Shown here piece by piece: positions 13,630 through 24,770 of a stretch of DNA of 64,000 bases. A program made the position numbers and the translations under genes. The stretch's first letter is position 1; each line of letters begins with the position of its first letter. This DNA is from the human T2T-CHM13v2.0 reference genome, Homo sapiens: NCBI RefSeq assembly GCF_009914755.1, contig NC_060932.1; one strand, written 5' to 3'. The notes under the pieces were generated by a model. The model saw only the letters and a list, made by a program, of their open reading frames with translations. It made no database searches and was not told where the DNA came from.

Positions 13630-13810
13630 AATGGCACAGGCCATTTCATCTCATTTAATCCTTACAGTTACTCTGAGAAGTAGGTGCTGTGACCCCCATT
13701 TTGCAGACGTGGGAACAAAGAGGGGGTTGGGCCATCCACTTTGCCTCCAAATCACACAACTATTATTATCAGAGTTGGCTGAGAACTCTGAAGCCAGAGC
13801 TCTCCCTGTC
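13630..13810. mobile_element. MIR relic
   Basis: atttcatctcatttaatccttacag...cccattttgcagacgtgggaac. Confidence 0.55.
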
Positions 13811-14093
13811 AGTTCATTATTAAAGATGGTTGGACTTAAAAAGAGCCTTCTGCCTTCACAGGGCAAGATGGCTTACATTTCCCATGAGGTCAGATCAGGA
13901 TAAGCTGGGGCTGGGTACCTGCTGCCGTCCCAAGTGCTATCTCCATCAAAAAGTCCTATTCTCTTTACACAAAGTAGTTCATCAGATATGTATGAGGGAG
14001 CTTTAAACAGGCAAACCATCACGGCCACTTTCATTTTTGGTGTAAGTGAAGAGACTTCCCCTGGGCTATAGACAGTGTGGCCTTAAAGTCTAG

Positions 14094-14220
14094 TACACAC
14101 ATGTAAACACATGCACATGAAAACACTTTCACACATGCATACATGCACATGAACATGCATGCACATGCATACATGCACATGAACATGCATGCACATGCAT
14201 GCACACACGAACACACACAC
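14094..14220. repeat. (CATGCA)/(CA) simple repeat with a 30-bp tandem duplication
   Basis: cacatgcatacatgcacatgaacatgcatg occurs twice in tandem. Confidence 0.85.
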
Positions 14221-14659
14221 TCCTGCCTATGCACTCTCACAGAGGGCCCTCCTGAACAGCCCTGTCTGTGGCAGCAGAGTTGTTGATAGTGTAACTAAAA
14301 AGGAAAGTGGGGAAGTCCATGCTGATCTTGACTGTTTAACACAAACTGAAAGATCAAAACCAAGGAGCTGCCAAAAACACATTGGCAACTTTCACACCAG
14401 AACAAGAAAGGAAATCACTGACTTGGTTTCTGCTCTTAATGTTGCTTCTCTTGCAGTCAAATGCTCTCGTCTTTCAGGCTCTAAGTGGAGAGAAAATTGG
14501 GCCCTCAACCAGTCTCCACTAGAATAAATGATCAGTCATACATGTCAGGAAGCTACCTACAACCATGTTGACACCTGCTGAAAGCTGGTTCTGAGACCTG
14601 GGGAGCAGCACCAGAGAACCCAGGACTCAGGCACCTATAACTCAGGCACCTATACTTCT

Positions 14660-14830
14660 ATTTTTTTGTTTTTTGTTTTGTTTTGAGTCAGGGTCTCGCT
14701 GTGTCACCCAGGCAGAAGTGTAGTGGCATGACCACAGCTCACTGCAGCCTCAACTTCCTGGGCTCGAGTGATTCTGCTACCTTGGTCTCCCAAAGTTCTG
14801 GGACTACAGACGTGACCACTGCACTTGGCC
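14660..14830 (-). mobile_element. FRAM/AluJ-type monomer
   Basis: T-rich tail, then gagtcagggtctcgctgtgtcacccaggc...ctcccaaagttctgggactacagacgtgaccactgcacttggcc. Confidence 0.8.
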
Positions 14831-15019
14831 AACTCATGACTACTTCTAAAACCCATATGATGGTGAAACATTTACTGAAATGTTTAATGAAAGATTTTTC
14901 ATGTTACCTCCAAAAATCCAAATTTAGAAAGTATTTGCTCTGGACTCAGACCTTCGGCACCCTAAGTGTCTATTTCATCAAGGATAAGAGTCAGAAGCAC
15001 TTGACCCAGGCTGTCCTCC

Positions 15020-15345
15020 AGGCACTGGTTCTCAGTGTGGCTCCTAACCAGCAAGGCCAGCATTACTAGGAAACACGTAAGAAATGCAAAATCTTGGGAC
15101 TTATCCCAGATCTGTAGAATCAGAAACTCTTCGGGAGCTTAATAGGTGTGGGCTATTAAGCTTAATAGGTGGTGCTGATGCCTATTATAACCTTAATAGG
15201 TGGTGCTGATGCCCTCCACCTGGAGAACCACAACTCTGTAGGGAAGGTGTGGAGGCCAGGACTGTGCATTTCTAACAACTTCTGGGTGCTGCGGGTGCTG
15301 CTGGCCCAGAGGCTGCACTTTGAGAATTTCTGATCCTGAGCAGTG
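15020..15345. mobile_element. MER5A-like hAT relics
   Basis: ctggttctcagtgtggctc...gaaatgcaaaatcttggg...gaatcagaaactct and ctgtgcatttctaacaacttctgggtgctg...gcactttgaga. Confidence 0.65.
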
Positions 15346-15974
15346 CTTCTCAAGCTTCCCTATGCCCACTGTCGCCTGGGCTCTTACTGAAGATTTTGGC
15401 TCAGCAGGCCTAAGGAGGCTGATTTTCTAAGAAGCCCCAGGAAATTCCAGTGATGCTCTCCAGGTGCAAGCCTGGGGTGCTGGTGAAGCAAACCTCATCC
15501 AAGCGTTTGCAAGCTAGAACCTGGAATATGTGGGCACTGATGTGAGTACCAGTTTTCAGATTTTAAGTAATAATTAACAAACAGCTGAAAGTTCCCAAGA
15601 AAAGGGATTGTACACAAGCATGCATTGAACTGATCTTTATAAGTTTGCTGACAATTCCATCAGTGACACAGGACAAAGAGACTCAGGGTCTCCACAGCTC
15701 ACAGCCCCCTGTCTTCCTTCCCATCAACCTCTTCCAGCTTCCAGCTCCTTCCTTGGGGCCCAGAAACAGACTCAAGCCCCTCTCACCCTAGAAACTCTTC
15801 CCATATGGCTTTTCTCTTCGGTTATCGTTCTTAGAATAGTGAACATCTGTGGTCCCTATGCTTTCACCTGCAGCTGCTCTTCTGCCTTTAAGAAAGTCTG
15901 GGAAAACATCCCTGCCACCTCACAGGCACCCAAGCCAACAGGGCTGCTCTTCTGCACCCCTGCTGTGCATGCAG

Positions 15975-16250
15975 CCCCCTACCTCCTTCATTCACATTCT
16001 CATCTATTACAGCCCCTCCACCCCATATCTACACCCCCCTACAGCCCTTCACCTCATATCTAATCCCCCTTATAGCCCCTCAACCTCATACCTACACCCA
16101 GACTATAGCCTGTCCACCCCATGTCTACATTCTCATTAAAGCCCCTCCATGCCATATCTACACCCCCAGTACAGCCTCTTCAATTGGAATCTACATGCTT
16201 ACTACAGCCTCTCCACCCTGTATGTACATCCCCACTACAGCCCCTTCACA
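15975..16250. repeat. Degenerate 33-bp C-rich minisatellite, ~8 units
   Basis: TAYAGCCCCTCCACCCCATATCTACACCCC-like units start at ~16008, 16040, 16071, 16104, 16137, 16170, 16204 and 16236. Confidence 0.85.
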
Positions 16251-18169
16251 CAGCATCTTGTAGGTTTGGCAATTATTTTTAAAAGTTTGAGATCTGCTAC
16301 ATTGTGGCAGTTGTCCTTTCAATAGCCAGCAACTGAAAAACACACAATGATAAAAACAAAAACAAACTCTGCTTTAGTTTTATTAATACTTTCAAACAGA
16401 AATCACATGTCCAACATAGATTTGAGCAGTTGTCAAGACATTTGTTTCTAAACCTTGCAAGCATGCTTGTGTGCAGTAGACCCTTGCAACAGTGCTATCC
16501 CCTCCACCCCCAGGGATCCAGGGAACCAGGACCCAAGGCCTGGGATAGGGAGTCACTGCTCCCTGCTTCCATTGCTGCACCCTTAGGGCTCTGTGGGCTA
16601 CCGGTGGTCATCATGGCATACGCTGTGTTCTGATAAAGGCATCTGTGTCTCCCACCCAGGCAGGAGTTACCAGAGCTCTCTGCCCCATTACAGTACCAGC
16701 ATGTGAACAGCACCCAGCAAGCATGCAGTCCTTGTGTCTGTGAGCTCTCCCTCCCATGTCCAAGGCCTTACTACTCGATTTTTGCCCACTGTGGGGTTTC
16801 CCACTTTCTCTAACCTCTAGAAGTTGCTGGACTGTGTGGCTTACAATGACATAGCATTGCCCCAACCCCAAAAAGAAATAGTATCAAAGTCCATTGTAAA
16901 CCTATTAATTACACAGCTGTGCTACAACCAAAACATGGATCTCTGACATCAGCCTTATAGTTCTTCATTGTCTTGATCAAACTAAGAATATGCTTTCATC
17001 TTTGGTTAGAGATTTGTGAGTATAGGGAGTAGCTTAATGTTTATCTCTTTTGAGTCTTAGACAAGGAATTTCTAGCTATAAATAAGGCCATAATAAAACC
17101 TAAGTGGTAGAGGTTTCTAGGTGCCTGAAGTGACTGTCCGCAAGTTTATCCATGTATTCTCTCTCTCCTCCTATTGAAGTGCCCTAGCCCTCAAGTCCTC
17201 CTCGGACAGAGCTTTTGGACTCCTAATTTGCACACAAGTCTAACAAGCCACATCATCTTGCTTTTCAGTTCATAGCACTGTGAAACGAGACATTAGAGGC
17301 AAGCACTGATAGCAGTAAAAAGGACAACCATTAGGAAAAAGTCAGAATATTAGCAAGCAAATGTCACAAATGGAAGTCAAATAGTCCAGGACTAATCTAA
17401 GGGCAGATATTCCCGTATACCACAAGCCATTGAGGATGTGTCTAGATTTCAGCACAGTTCATTAGTTTATGCCCAAAATAGTGACTTAAATCTTCCTCCC
17501 AAAAAGATGAAGCTATGATTATTGCTTCTGTTTAATTTTAAAAAGTAGGACATTTAAAAATACAACACATTTTCAAGAAAAGAAAAGAAAGTCTATGGAA
17601 GTGCTGAGGGTGAGAACCTCTGGTAGCAAGATCTCTATATTGAGTGATGAGACAAGCTTTATTAATAAGAAGAATCAGCTCATACTTAACCTAAGCCTGA
17701 CAGTGCTGGGCAGAGAGTCCTGCTGTACCACCACCAGTGGAGCCAGGTAAGGATGCCTCTCTGCTAGAAACAGCACATATGGACGAAGCCACAAGCTATG
17801 GCTCATCCCAACAGAATCTTACTAGCTCCCTAGTAAGGTTAGCTATAATGTCTTCTAACTCACATCATTTGTATTAAAAAAAGAAAGAAACAAATGGTAA
17901 CTGATACACATGTTGGTTGGTAGAGCTTTCAGATTCCTCTTTCGATATGGGTGAGGGAAAATTCCTCAGCCCAAGGTTACCTTGGATTTCACACTCCAAC
18001 TCCATCCTCAGCTCAGCACTGCTGGTCATTGCTTTTAATGGATGCTGGTCTTCAGGTAGAGTGGGTTCTGCAGACTATAAGGACATCTTTCAGTAACAAC
18101 CCTCTAACATCAAAGACCTTTCAGAGATCTGCCCTGCATAGCAGTCTTTCATTAGAAAGTCACTTCTCA

Positions 18170-18366
18170 CACCGGGGCCTGTTGTGGGGTGGGGGAGGGG
18201 GGAGGGATAGCATTAGGAGATATACCTAACGCTAAATGACGAGTTAATGGGTGCAGCACACCAACATGGCACATGTATACATATGTAACAAGCCTTCACG
18301 TTGTGCACATGTACCCTAAAACTTAGAGTATAATAATAATAAAATTTAAAAAAAAAAGAGAAGAAA
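18170..18366 (+). mobile_element. 5'-truncated ~200-bp young L1 (L1PA2-like) 3' end
   Basis: L1 3'UTR G-tract, gctaaatgacgag, A-tail and a perfect 16-bp TSD agaaagtcacttctca (18154-18169, 18367-18382); empty site at ~39270. Confidence 0.92.
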
Positions 18367-19109
18367 AGAAAGTCACTTCTCAGCACAGAGGCAGCCCTTG
18401 GAGTCTTTCCGGGATTTTCACATCCAGCTGGGAAAAGGAAAAGAACTCCTGAAACTGGGCTGACTTCATAACCAGTTTAATTTCACACATGCCATATTTC
18501 TGAAGGCACCTTGTTTTTCCCTTCATCCTGCATCACTGCAGAGAAAATTCACAGACTTCCTGAAGGTGAGAATCTCACCCATTAGTAAGAAAATCACACT
18601 TTATATATTAAGTTGGCCTTTCCCTGGAGATCTCCTAACTGCTTTATAAACATTCTTTCACACCTCCAAGCAGGTAGGTGGCAATTGTCATTCTTTCTGG
18701 ACAAGAGGTAGCATTGTGAATCTTAGCCCAACTGAGCTGAAATGTTGTTTAAATGTCTGAGGTAAAGCAAAAGGAAGGTTTGGAAAATATGAGCTAGGAT
18801 AAATGTGGCCAAAAATAGGAAGAACAATGGCATATAAAATTCCAAAAAAGAATTCTCCTATAATCAGCTCACTTTCTGCCCAGCTTCCTAAAAGCCACGT
18901 CTTGGCCTTCCTCTTGTTGTGCAGCTTCCACACTGACACTGACCTGGAAAATCAGGTGAGGTGAGTGCTAATTTTGGCTCAAATAAGAAATTTTCTCTCT
19001 CTTTGATCTTTGTCAGGAAACAGGATCAACAATCTGAATTCCATCAAGTTCAAGCTGAAACTAAAGTAACACACATGTACTTTAAGCTACATGTGTGTTA
19101 CTAACATGT

Positions 19110-22100
19110 ATGTTACTTTAGTTTGAGCGCTCCCGAGAAGCAGGGACTCCATGGCAAGACTCCATGGTGGCGCCAAGACAAGTGGTTGACTGGCCGGCAG
19201 CACAAGGCAGAGACCACAGCTCAGACCTATCCCCATTGGCTGCAGATTACCCAGTGCCAGGGACCCACTCCAGACATAGGTCAAGGACGAGTAGACCCTG
19301 AGGCCTGGCAGCAGGCACACTTGAGGCTCAAGGGAAGCCCTGCCATCCCGCACCAGTGCCTGAGCTACAACTGCCACCTACACCTTGCTCATGGGCAGTG
19401 GTGGCCAGACCATCCCAAATGCCTCTCTTCCCGTCGGGGCTCCAGCTGTGCAGACTTCTGGGCCAGACGCAGCTGCACAGTCTAAGTCATCCCTGCAGCT
19501 GCAGGAGGGCAGGAAACTGTTGCTTATTACCATCCCAGCTGCTTCACCGCTCACAGTGCCTGAGACCCAGGGCTCTGGCGCAGGGGCCAAGGGAGATCAG
19601 GCCCTAGGGTGGGAGACCAGGGCACTCAGCGACCCTCAGACCCTCTGGGACCTGCCCTGCCAGCCTCCACCTTGGGCTTAGCTGCAGCTGCCACCTGCTG
19701 CACATGGCGCCTGCACATGGCGCCTGCAGCTGCACATGGCGCCTGGCAGCAGCGGGGGCAACACTCAACACTGCCAGGGCCACCAGCAGCGAGTACCCCA
19801 GGGCCAGACGTCGCCACAGCGACTAATTTAGACTTTTGGCCCCACAGCTAAAGAAGGGCAGGTACCAGATGCTCAGCCTCATCCTGGCGGCTGCACAATG
19901 CCCAGCTCTGAGGACCCTGCACTCTGGGCACCGGCTAAGAAAGAACAGACCCTAGGGTGGGAGGGCAAAGCACTCAGTGATCCTCTGGACATCTGGGACC
20001 AGCCCTGCCAGCATCCGAAGTGGGTTCAGCTGCAGCTGCCACCTGCATATGACGCACAGCAGTAGCGATGGCTAACCTGACCCTGCCCACCATCACAAGC
20101 AGCAGGAACCCGAGGGCCAGACACCTCTGTGGCGCCTAAGTCAGGCTGTCGGCCCCACAACTGCAGGAGGGCGGGAACCGGCCACCAAGCCCCTTCCAGG
20201 TGGCTGCAGAGTGCCCAGCGCCGGGGACACTGTGCTCTGGGCCTGGGCCAAGGAAGAGCAGACCCTAGTGCGGGAAGGCGCTGCACTCTGCGACCTTCAA
20301 GTCATCTGTGCCCATCCCTGACAGCCTCCGCTGTGGCCTCAACTGTAGCTAACACCTGCACATGGCGCCCAAAATCAGCAGTGGCAACCCTCAACCCTTT
20401 GTGCAGCCAGCAGGGAGGACCGCAGGGCCAGAGGAGGCCGCTGAGCCTAAATCAGGCAGTCCGCCCAGCAGCTGCAGGAAGGAGGTAACAGGCCTCTCAG
20501 CCCCATCCAGGCGGCTGCTGCACAGTGCCCAGCGCCCACTACCTAGCTCTGTAAGCGCAGGCCAAGGCAGAGTGGACCCTAGGGAGGAGGGAGGGCAGTA
20601 CGCTCGGCGACCCTTGGGTGCACTTGACTGTACTCGGGGACAAGCCCGGCCAGCCACTATGGTGGGCTCAGCTGCAGCTGCCACCTGCACATGGTGCGCT
20701 CCAGCCGCAGTGGCAACCCACGGCCCTGCCGGCGCCACCAGCAGCGCGGACCCCAGGGCCAGACTCTGTGAAGACGCCCAGTTTAGGCGGCCCCCACTCC
20801 CGCATCTGCAGGAGTGAGGGAACCTGCTCTCAGCCCAACCCCGGGGCTTCAGAGTGCCCAGCGCCCACGACTCCGTGCTCTGGGCGCGAATCAAGAAAAA
20901 GTGGACCCTTGGGTGGGAGGGCGGTGCACTCGGAGACCCTGAGGCCCTCTGGGGCCAGCCCTGTCATCCTTTGCCTTAGGCTCAGCTGTAGCTGTCACCT
21001 GCACATAGTGCGCTGTAGTAGTGGAGGCAACTGCCGACCCTGCTGCCACCACCAGCACGGGGACCCCGCGGCCAGGCAGCCACGCGCCGAAGCCCGCAGC
21101 ACAGCTGCAGCAGGGTGGCCGTTCAGCCCCTTCCTGGCGGCTGCATAGTACCCAGCGCCCGCGACCACGCGCTCAGGGCGCGAGCTATGGAAGAGCGAGC
21201 CCTAGGGCGGGAGGGTGGTGCACTTGGCGACTCTCAGGAGGTCTGGGACCAGCCCTGCCAGCTTCCACCGTGGGCTCAGCTATTGCTGCCATCTGCACAT
21301 GCCCCACGGCAGCACCTGTGGCAAATCCCGACCTTGCCCGCCCCACTAGCAGCGCGGTCCCCAAGGTCAGACACCGCCACTGTGCCTGATTTGGGTAGTC
21401 TGTTCCGCAGCTGCAGGAGGGCGGGAACCGGCCCTCATCCCCATCGCGATGGCTGCAAAGAGTCCAGCGCCCTGGGCCCAGAGCTCTGGACTGGGGCCAA
21501 GGAAGAGCGGATCCCACGGTGTGAGGGCAGTGAACTTGGCGAAACTCAGGACGTCTGGGCTAGCCCTGCCAGCCTCCGCCCTGAACTTATGTGCAGTTAC
21601 CACCTGCACATGGCACGGGGCCGCGGGAGTGGCAACCCCCAACTCGGCCAGCAGCCACCAGCAGCATAGACTCCAGGACCATACGCTGCCATGACCCCTC
21701 GGTTAGGCAGTCAGCCCCGTAGCCGCAGGAGGGCGGGAATCGGCGCTCAGCCAAACCCCATGGCTGCACAATGCCCACGGCCTGCGAGTCCGCGCTTCTG
21801 CACCGGCCAAAGAAGAGCAGGTACTGCGGCAGCAGCGGTGGCAACCCCCGACCCTGCCTGTCAGGCGGTCGGCCCAATAGCTGCAGGAGGGCGGGAACCG
21901 ACTGCTGAGCCCCAACCCAGCGGCTGAGCAGTGCCCAACGCTCGTGACCCCATGCTTGGGGCGCGGGCCAAGAAAGAGCCGAACTTATTGTGGGAGGGCT
22001 GAGCACTCGGCCTCCTTCAGGCCATCTGGGACCAGCCATGCCAGACACCGCCGTGGGGTCATTTGCAGCAGCCACCTGCACATGGCGGACAGCCGCAAAG

Positions 22101-22720
22101 CTGGCAACCCCTGACCTTGCAGGCATCACCAGCTGCAGGGACCGCAGGGCCAGATGCCTTCTAGGCGCCTAATTCAGGCGGTCGGCCTCGCAGCTGCAGC
22201 AGGGCTAGAACTGGCGTTCAGCCCCATTCCTGTGGCTGCTCAAAGCCCAGCACCCGCGACCTAGCAATATGGGCGGGGGGCCAAGAAAGAGCGGACCCTA
22301 GGTTGGGGCGCTGAGCACTCGGCGACCCTCAGGCCATCTGGGTCCATTCCTGCCAGCCTCTGCCATGGGTTCAGCTGCAGCCGCCACCTGAATATGGCGG
22401 GGTCAGCAACTGGGGCAACCCGGGCTATTTCCGTGACTACTATCGCGGTCCACAGGGCCAGACGCTGCCGTGGCGCCTAAGTCACGCAGTTGCAACCGCA
22501 GCTGCAGGAGGGTGGAAACCAGTGCCCAGTCCCATCCTGGTGGCTGCAGAGTGCCCAGCTCCAGGGACCCCCAACTTTGGGCGCGGGTCGAGCAGGAGCA
22601 GTGGACTGGGGCTGCGCAGTCACCTGGGGCCTGGGGCAGACCGCACCATGAGCTCAGTTTGGTGGTCGGCGCCTCAGCTGCAGCTGCCACCTGCATGCTG
22701 TGCCCACGAGAGCGCGACTC
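19110..22720. repeat. GC-rich ~310-bp tandem array A, ~11 diverged units, possibly REP522-related
   Basis: Anchor GCTCAGCTGCAGCTGCCACCTGCACATGG recurs at ~19360, 19678, 20023, 20338, 20666, 20980, 21273, 21587, 22058, 22368 and 22672. Confidence 0.85.
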
Positions 22721-23410
22721 AGGGCGGTTTCTGGCCACGCGCAGTTTGTGGCCACGCGCGGGGCCATTACCTTCCGAGGTGCCAGTGCGCGCTGGGGCCC
22801 AATGGCTCTGCTCCGTATATTTCTTCTCCGAGAGTTTGGAGACGTCCCTCTCAGAGAAGCTGGAGGGTCCCTGTCTGAGGTCTGGGCCAGACCGTCTTGC
22901 TTTATGGTGCTGGTCAGGGTGGGGGCTGGGCGGCGGGAAGGGCGAGGGCTAGTTGTGGCGTCTCTGAAGCCGATAGCCGGGCCATGAAGAAGATCTTGGC
23001 TGTGGAGAGCCAGAAGGGCCAGGTGCCCCTGAGCTCCTGGAATAACCGCATCTTTTCTGACCCCTGGTACCAGACCCCAGATGAGGATCTGGAATATCCA
23101 CAAAGCTGCGTCCAGGGGAACGCGTGGAAGCTGCAGCGGAGCCTCCTGCTCAAGAGAAAAGGCCAGTCTGAAACCTACAAGAAGAACATGTGTCGGGAAC
23201 TGCGGGCTGTGGGCTGGGGGCTACTGGAGGAGGTGGGCAGGTGGGGAGAAGCACCCCCTTCAGAGCTGGGGGCTTGGGGAGTGGGGGCGAGGGGAGGCTT
23301 GGAAAGAATGGAGTGTGTGGGGCGGGCCGTCCTGGTCCCCAGGGCGCTGGGCTTTCTTCCCTGGCAGACTCCGCAGCGCCTGAGATGTGGACGCCTTGGA
23401 GGCGGAGGGC
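20000..23410. promoter_or_regulatory. CpG island / putative promoter of copy A
   Basis: High GC content with abundant CpG running into exon 1; G4-like GGGTGGGGGCTGGGCGGCGGGAAGGG at ~22917-22942. Confidence 0.6.
22984..23189 (+). pseudogene. ANKRD26/ANKRD30-family exon 1, copy A
   Basis: gccATG MKKILAVESQKGQVPLSSWNNRIFSDPWYQTPDEDL...GNAWKLQRSLLLKRKGQSETYKKN; IHKAASRG lies in a shifted frame (cf. ANKRD26 MKKIF...DLGKIHKAASAGNVAKVQQILLLRK); GT at 23190. Confidence 0.88.
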
Positions 23411-24770
23411 CCAAGTCATCTTTATGAGCAGCAAAAGAAACCCAAAACTTTAGCTGGTTTCTCCACCCACAGTTCCTCTTACAGAGCACTTCAGAGAGAA
23501 TTTTAAAGCGGTATAACAAAATTAAGTATATACTGTGTTTTATTTTTAATGTACACATTTTAAAAGATAATATTAGATACATTATAGAAAGGAACGTAAT
23601 GAAAGAAATAATTCCCATAATATATCACCTTCTGGGCTAAAAATTCTTTGGCTAAAATCCAATATTTATTTTATATTAATGAATGCCTACATAAATATGT
23701 TCTTTACTGAGGGAGCTTAGAAGGACACTTTGAAGTGGGAAGATGGTTCATGTTCTTGAATAAGAAGACTCATTTTTCTCAAGATGTGAGCTCTTTATCA
23801 ATTTTACATAAACCAAATAAAGCTATCAAAATTTTTAACGTTTTTGAATTACACATGCTTTCACTATTGTGATGACATTAAGAAAATTTTTGTAACGGTT
23901 AAAAAAGTCTTACCTTTCTAGATATCAAATGTGCTATTGATTTCCACAAATAGTTTGCTAACAGCTGAAAAGATAGATAAATGAATACAAGAGAATAGAA
24001 AATCCAGGGACACTCAAATATATGTAAGAATTCAGAACTTGATAATGGTGATACTTTGTACTAGTAGGAAAAGATGAATTATTTTCATTAATGAAAGGCC
24101 TGCTTTTTGGAGGAAACTAGCTAGATTTTTATGCCACAAAAATAAGTTCCTCATACAATATAGACTGAAAATTTTAAATATGTAAGATGAGAGAAACATC
24201 AGAAGAAAACACAAATGCCTTATTTATACAGAAGCATTTTTGTGTTGACAAAAACCTGTCTAAGAAGCTCACAAGCAAGCCTTCTGAAGGTTGATCTAGC
24301 AAAATAAAATTAAATCACCCTATAATAACAAAAAATAACAAAACATAAGGTAACATAAAATATTTACCATATGTGTATACATATTAGATTAAATATGGAT
24401 TTTCATTTTACAGAGAATTATTTCAAATCAGCCTGAAACAAAAAAGACTCTAATTTAACATTGAGCAAAGCAGTTCTTTCAGATCTGCAAGTGACCTATG
24501 CTCATAGGAAAAAATATTTTGTGTTCTTGGTAAGAGAAGGAATTTAAAAGAGGTATAAAATATTGTTTTCTGTCCACAAATTTTGTGAAGATGAAAAACA
24601 GTGATATTATACTGCTGCTTAAAGTTGCTGATGGCCTTTCAAATGGACAATTTGGTGGTAAGCATTACATTTTTAAAATGTATATTCCTTTTCTGATCAA
24701 TTCCATTATACTAAAATCTGTTTAGAAGACAATGAGAGATACATGCGATTTCATAATTTGAAGGTCTTGA

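Larger units (their letters stand above)
16830..24751 (+). repeat. Direct segmental duplication, block A (paralog ~37590-43850)
   Basis: Collinear from ttacaatgacatagcattgccccaacccc to gagagatacatgc; includes upstream region, GC array, exon 1 and the start of intron 1. Confidence 0.92.

Noticed and set aside
16360-16830. Minus-strand AATAAA (~16379-16384) as the 3' end of a lncRNA
   Set aside because: A single hexamer in AT-rich sequence is insufficient without transcript data
16840-16950. Possible C/D-box snoRNA (caatgacat...ctga) at the duplication start
   Set aside because: The box C match is imperfect and differs in the paralog (caatggcat); no terminal stem or recognisable guide sequence
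19087-22990. Many overlapping 80-180 aa ORFs on both strands in the GC arrays (also 39647-42250)
   Set aside because: Expected from stop-poor GC-rich tandem repeats; frames are not conserved between units or copies and no domain is recognisable
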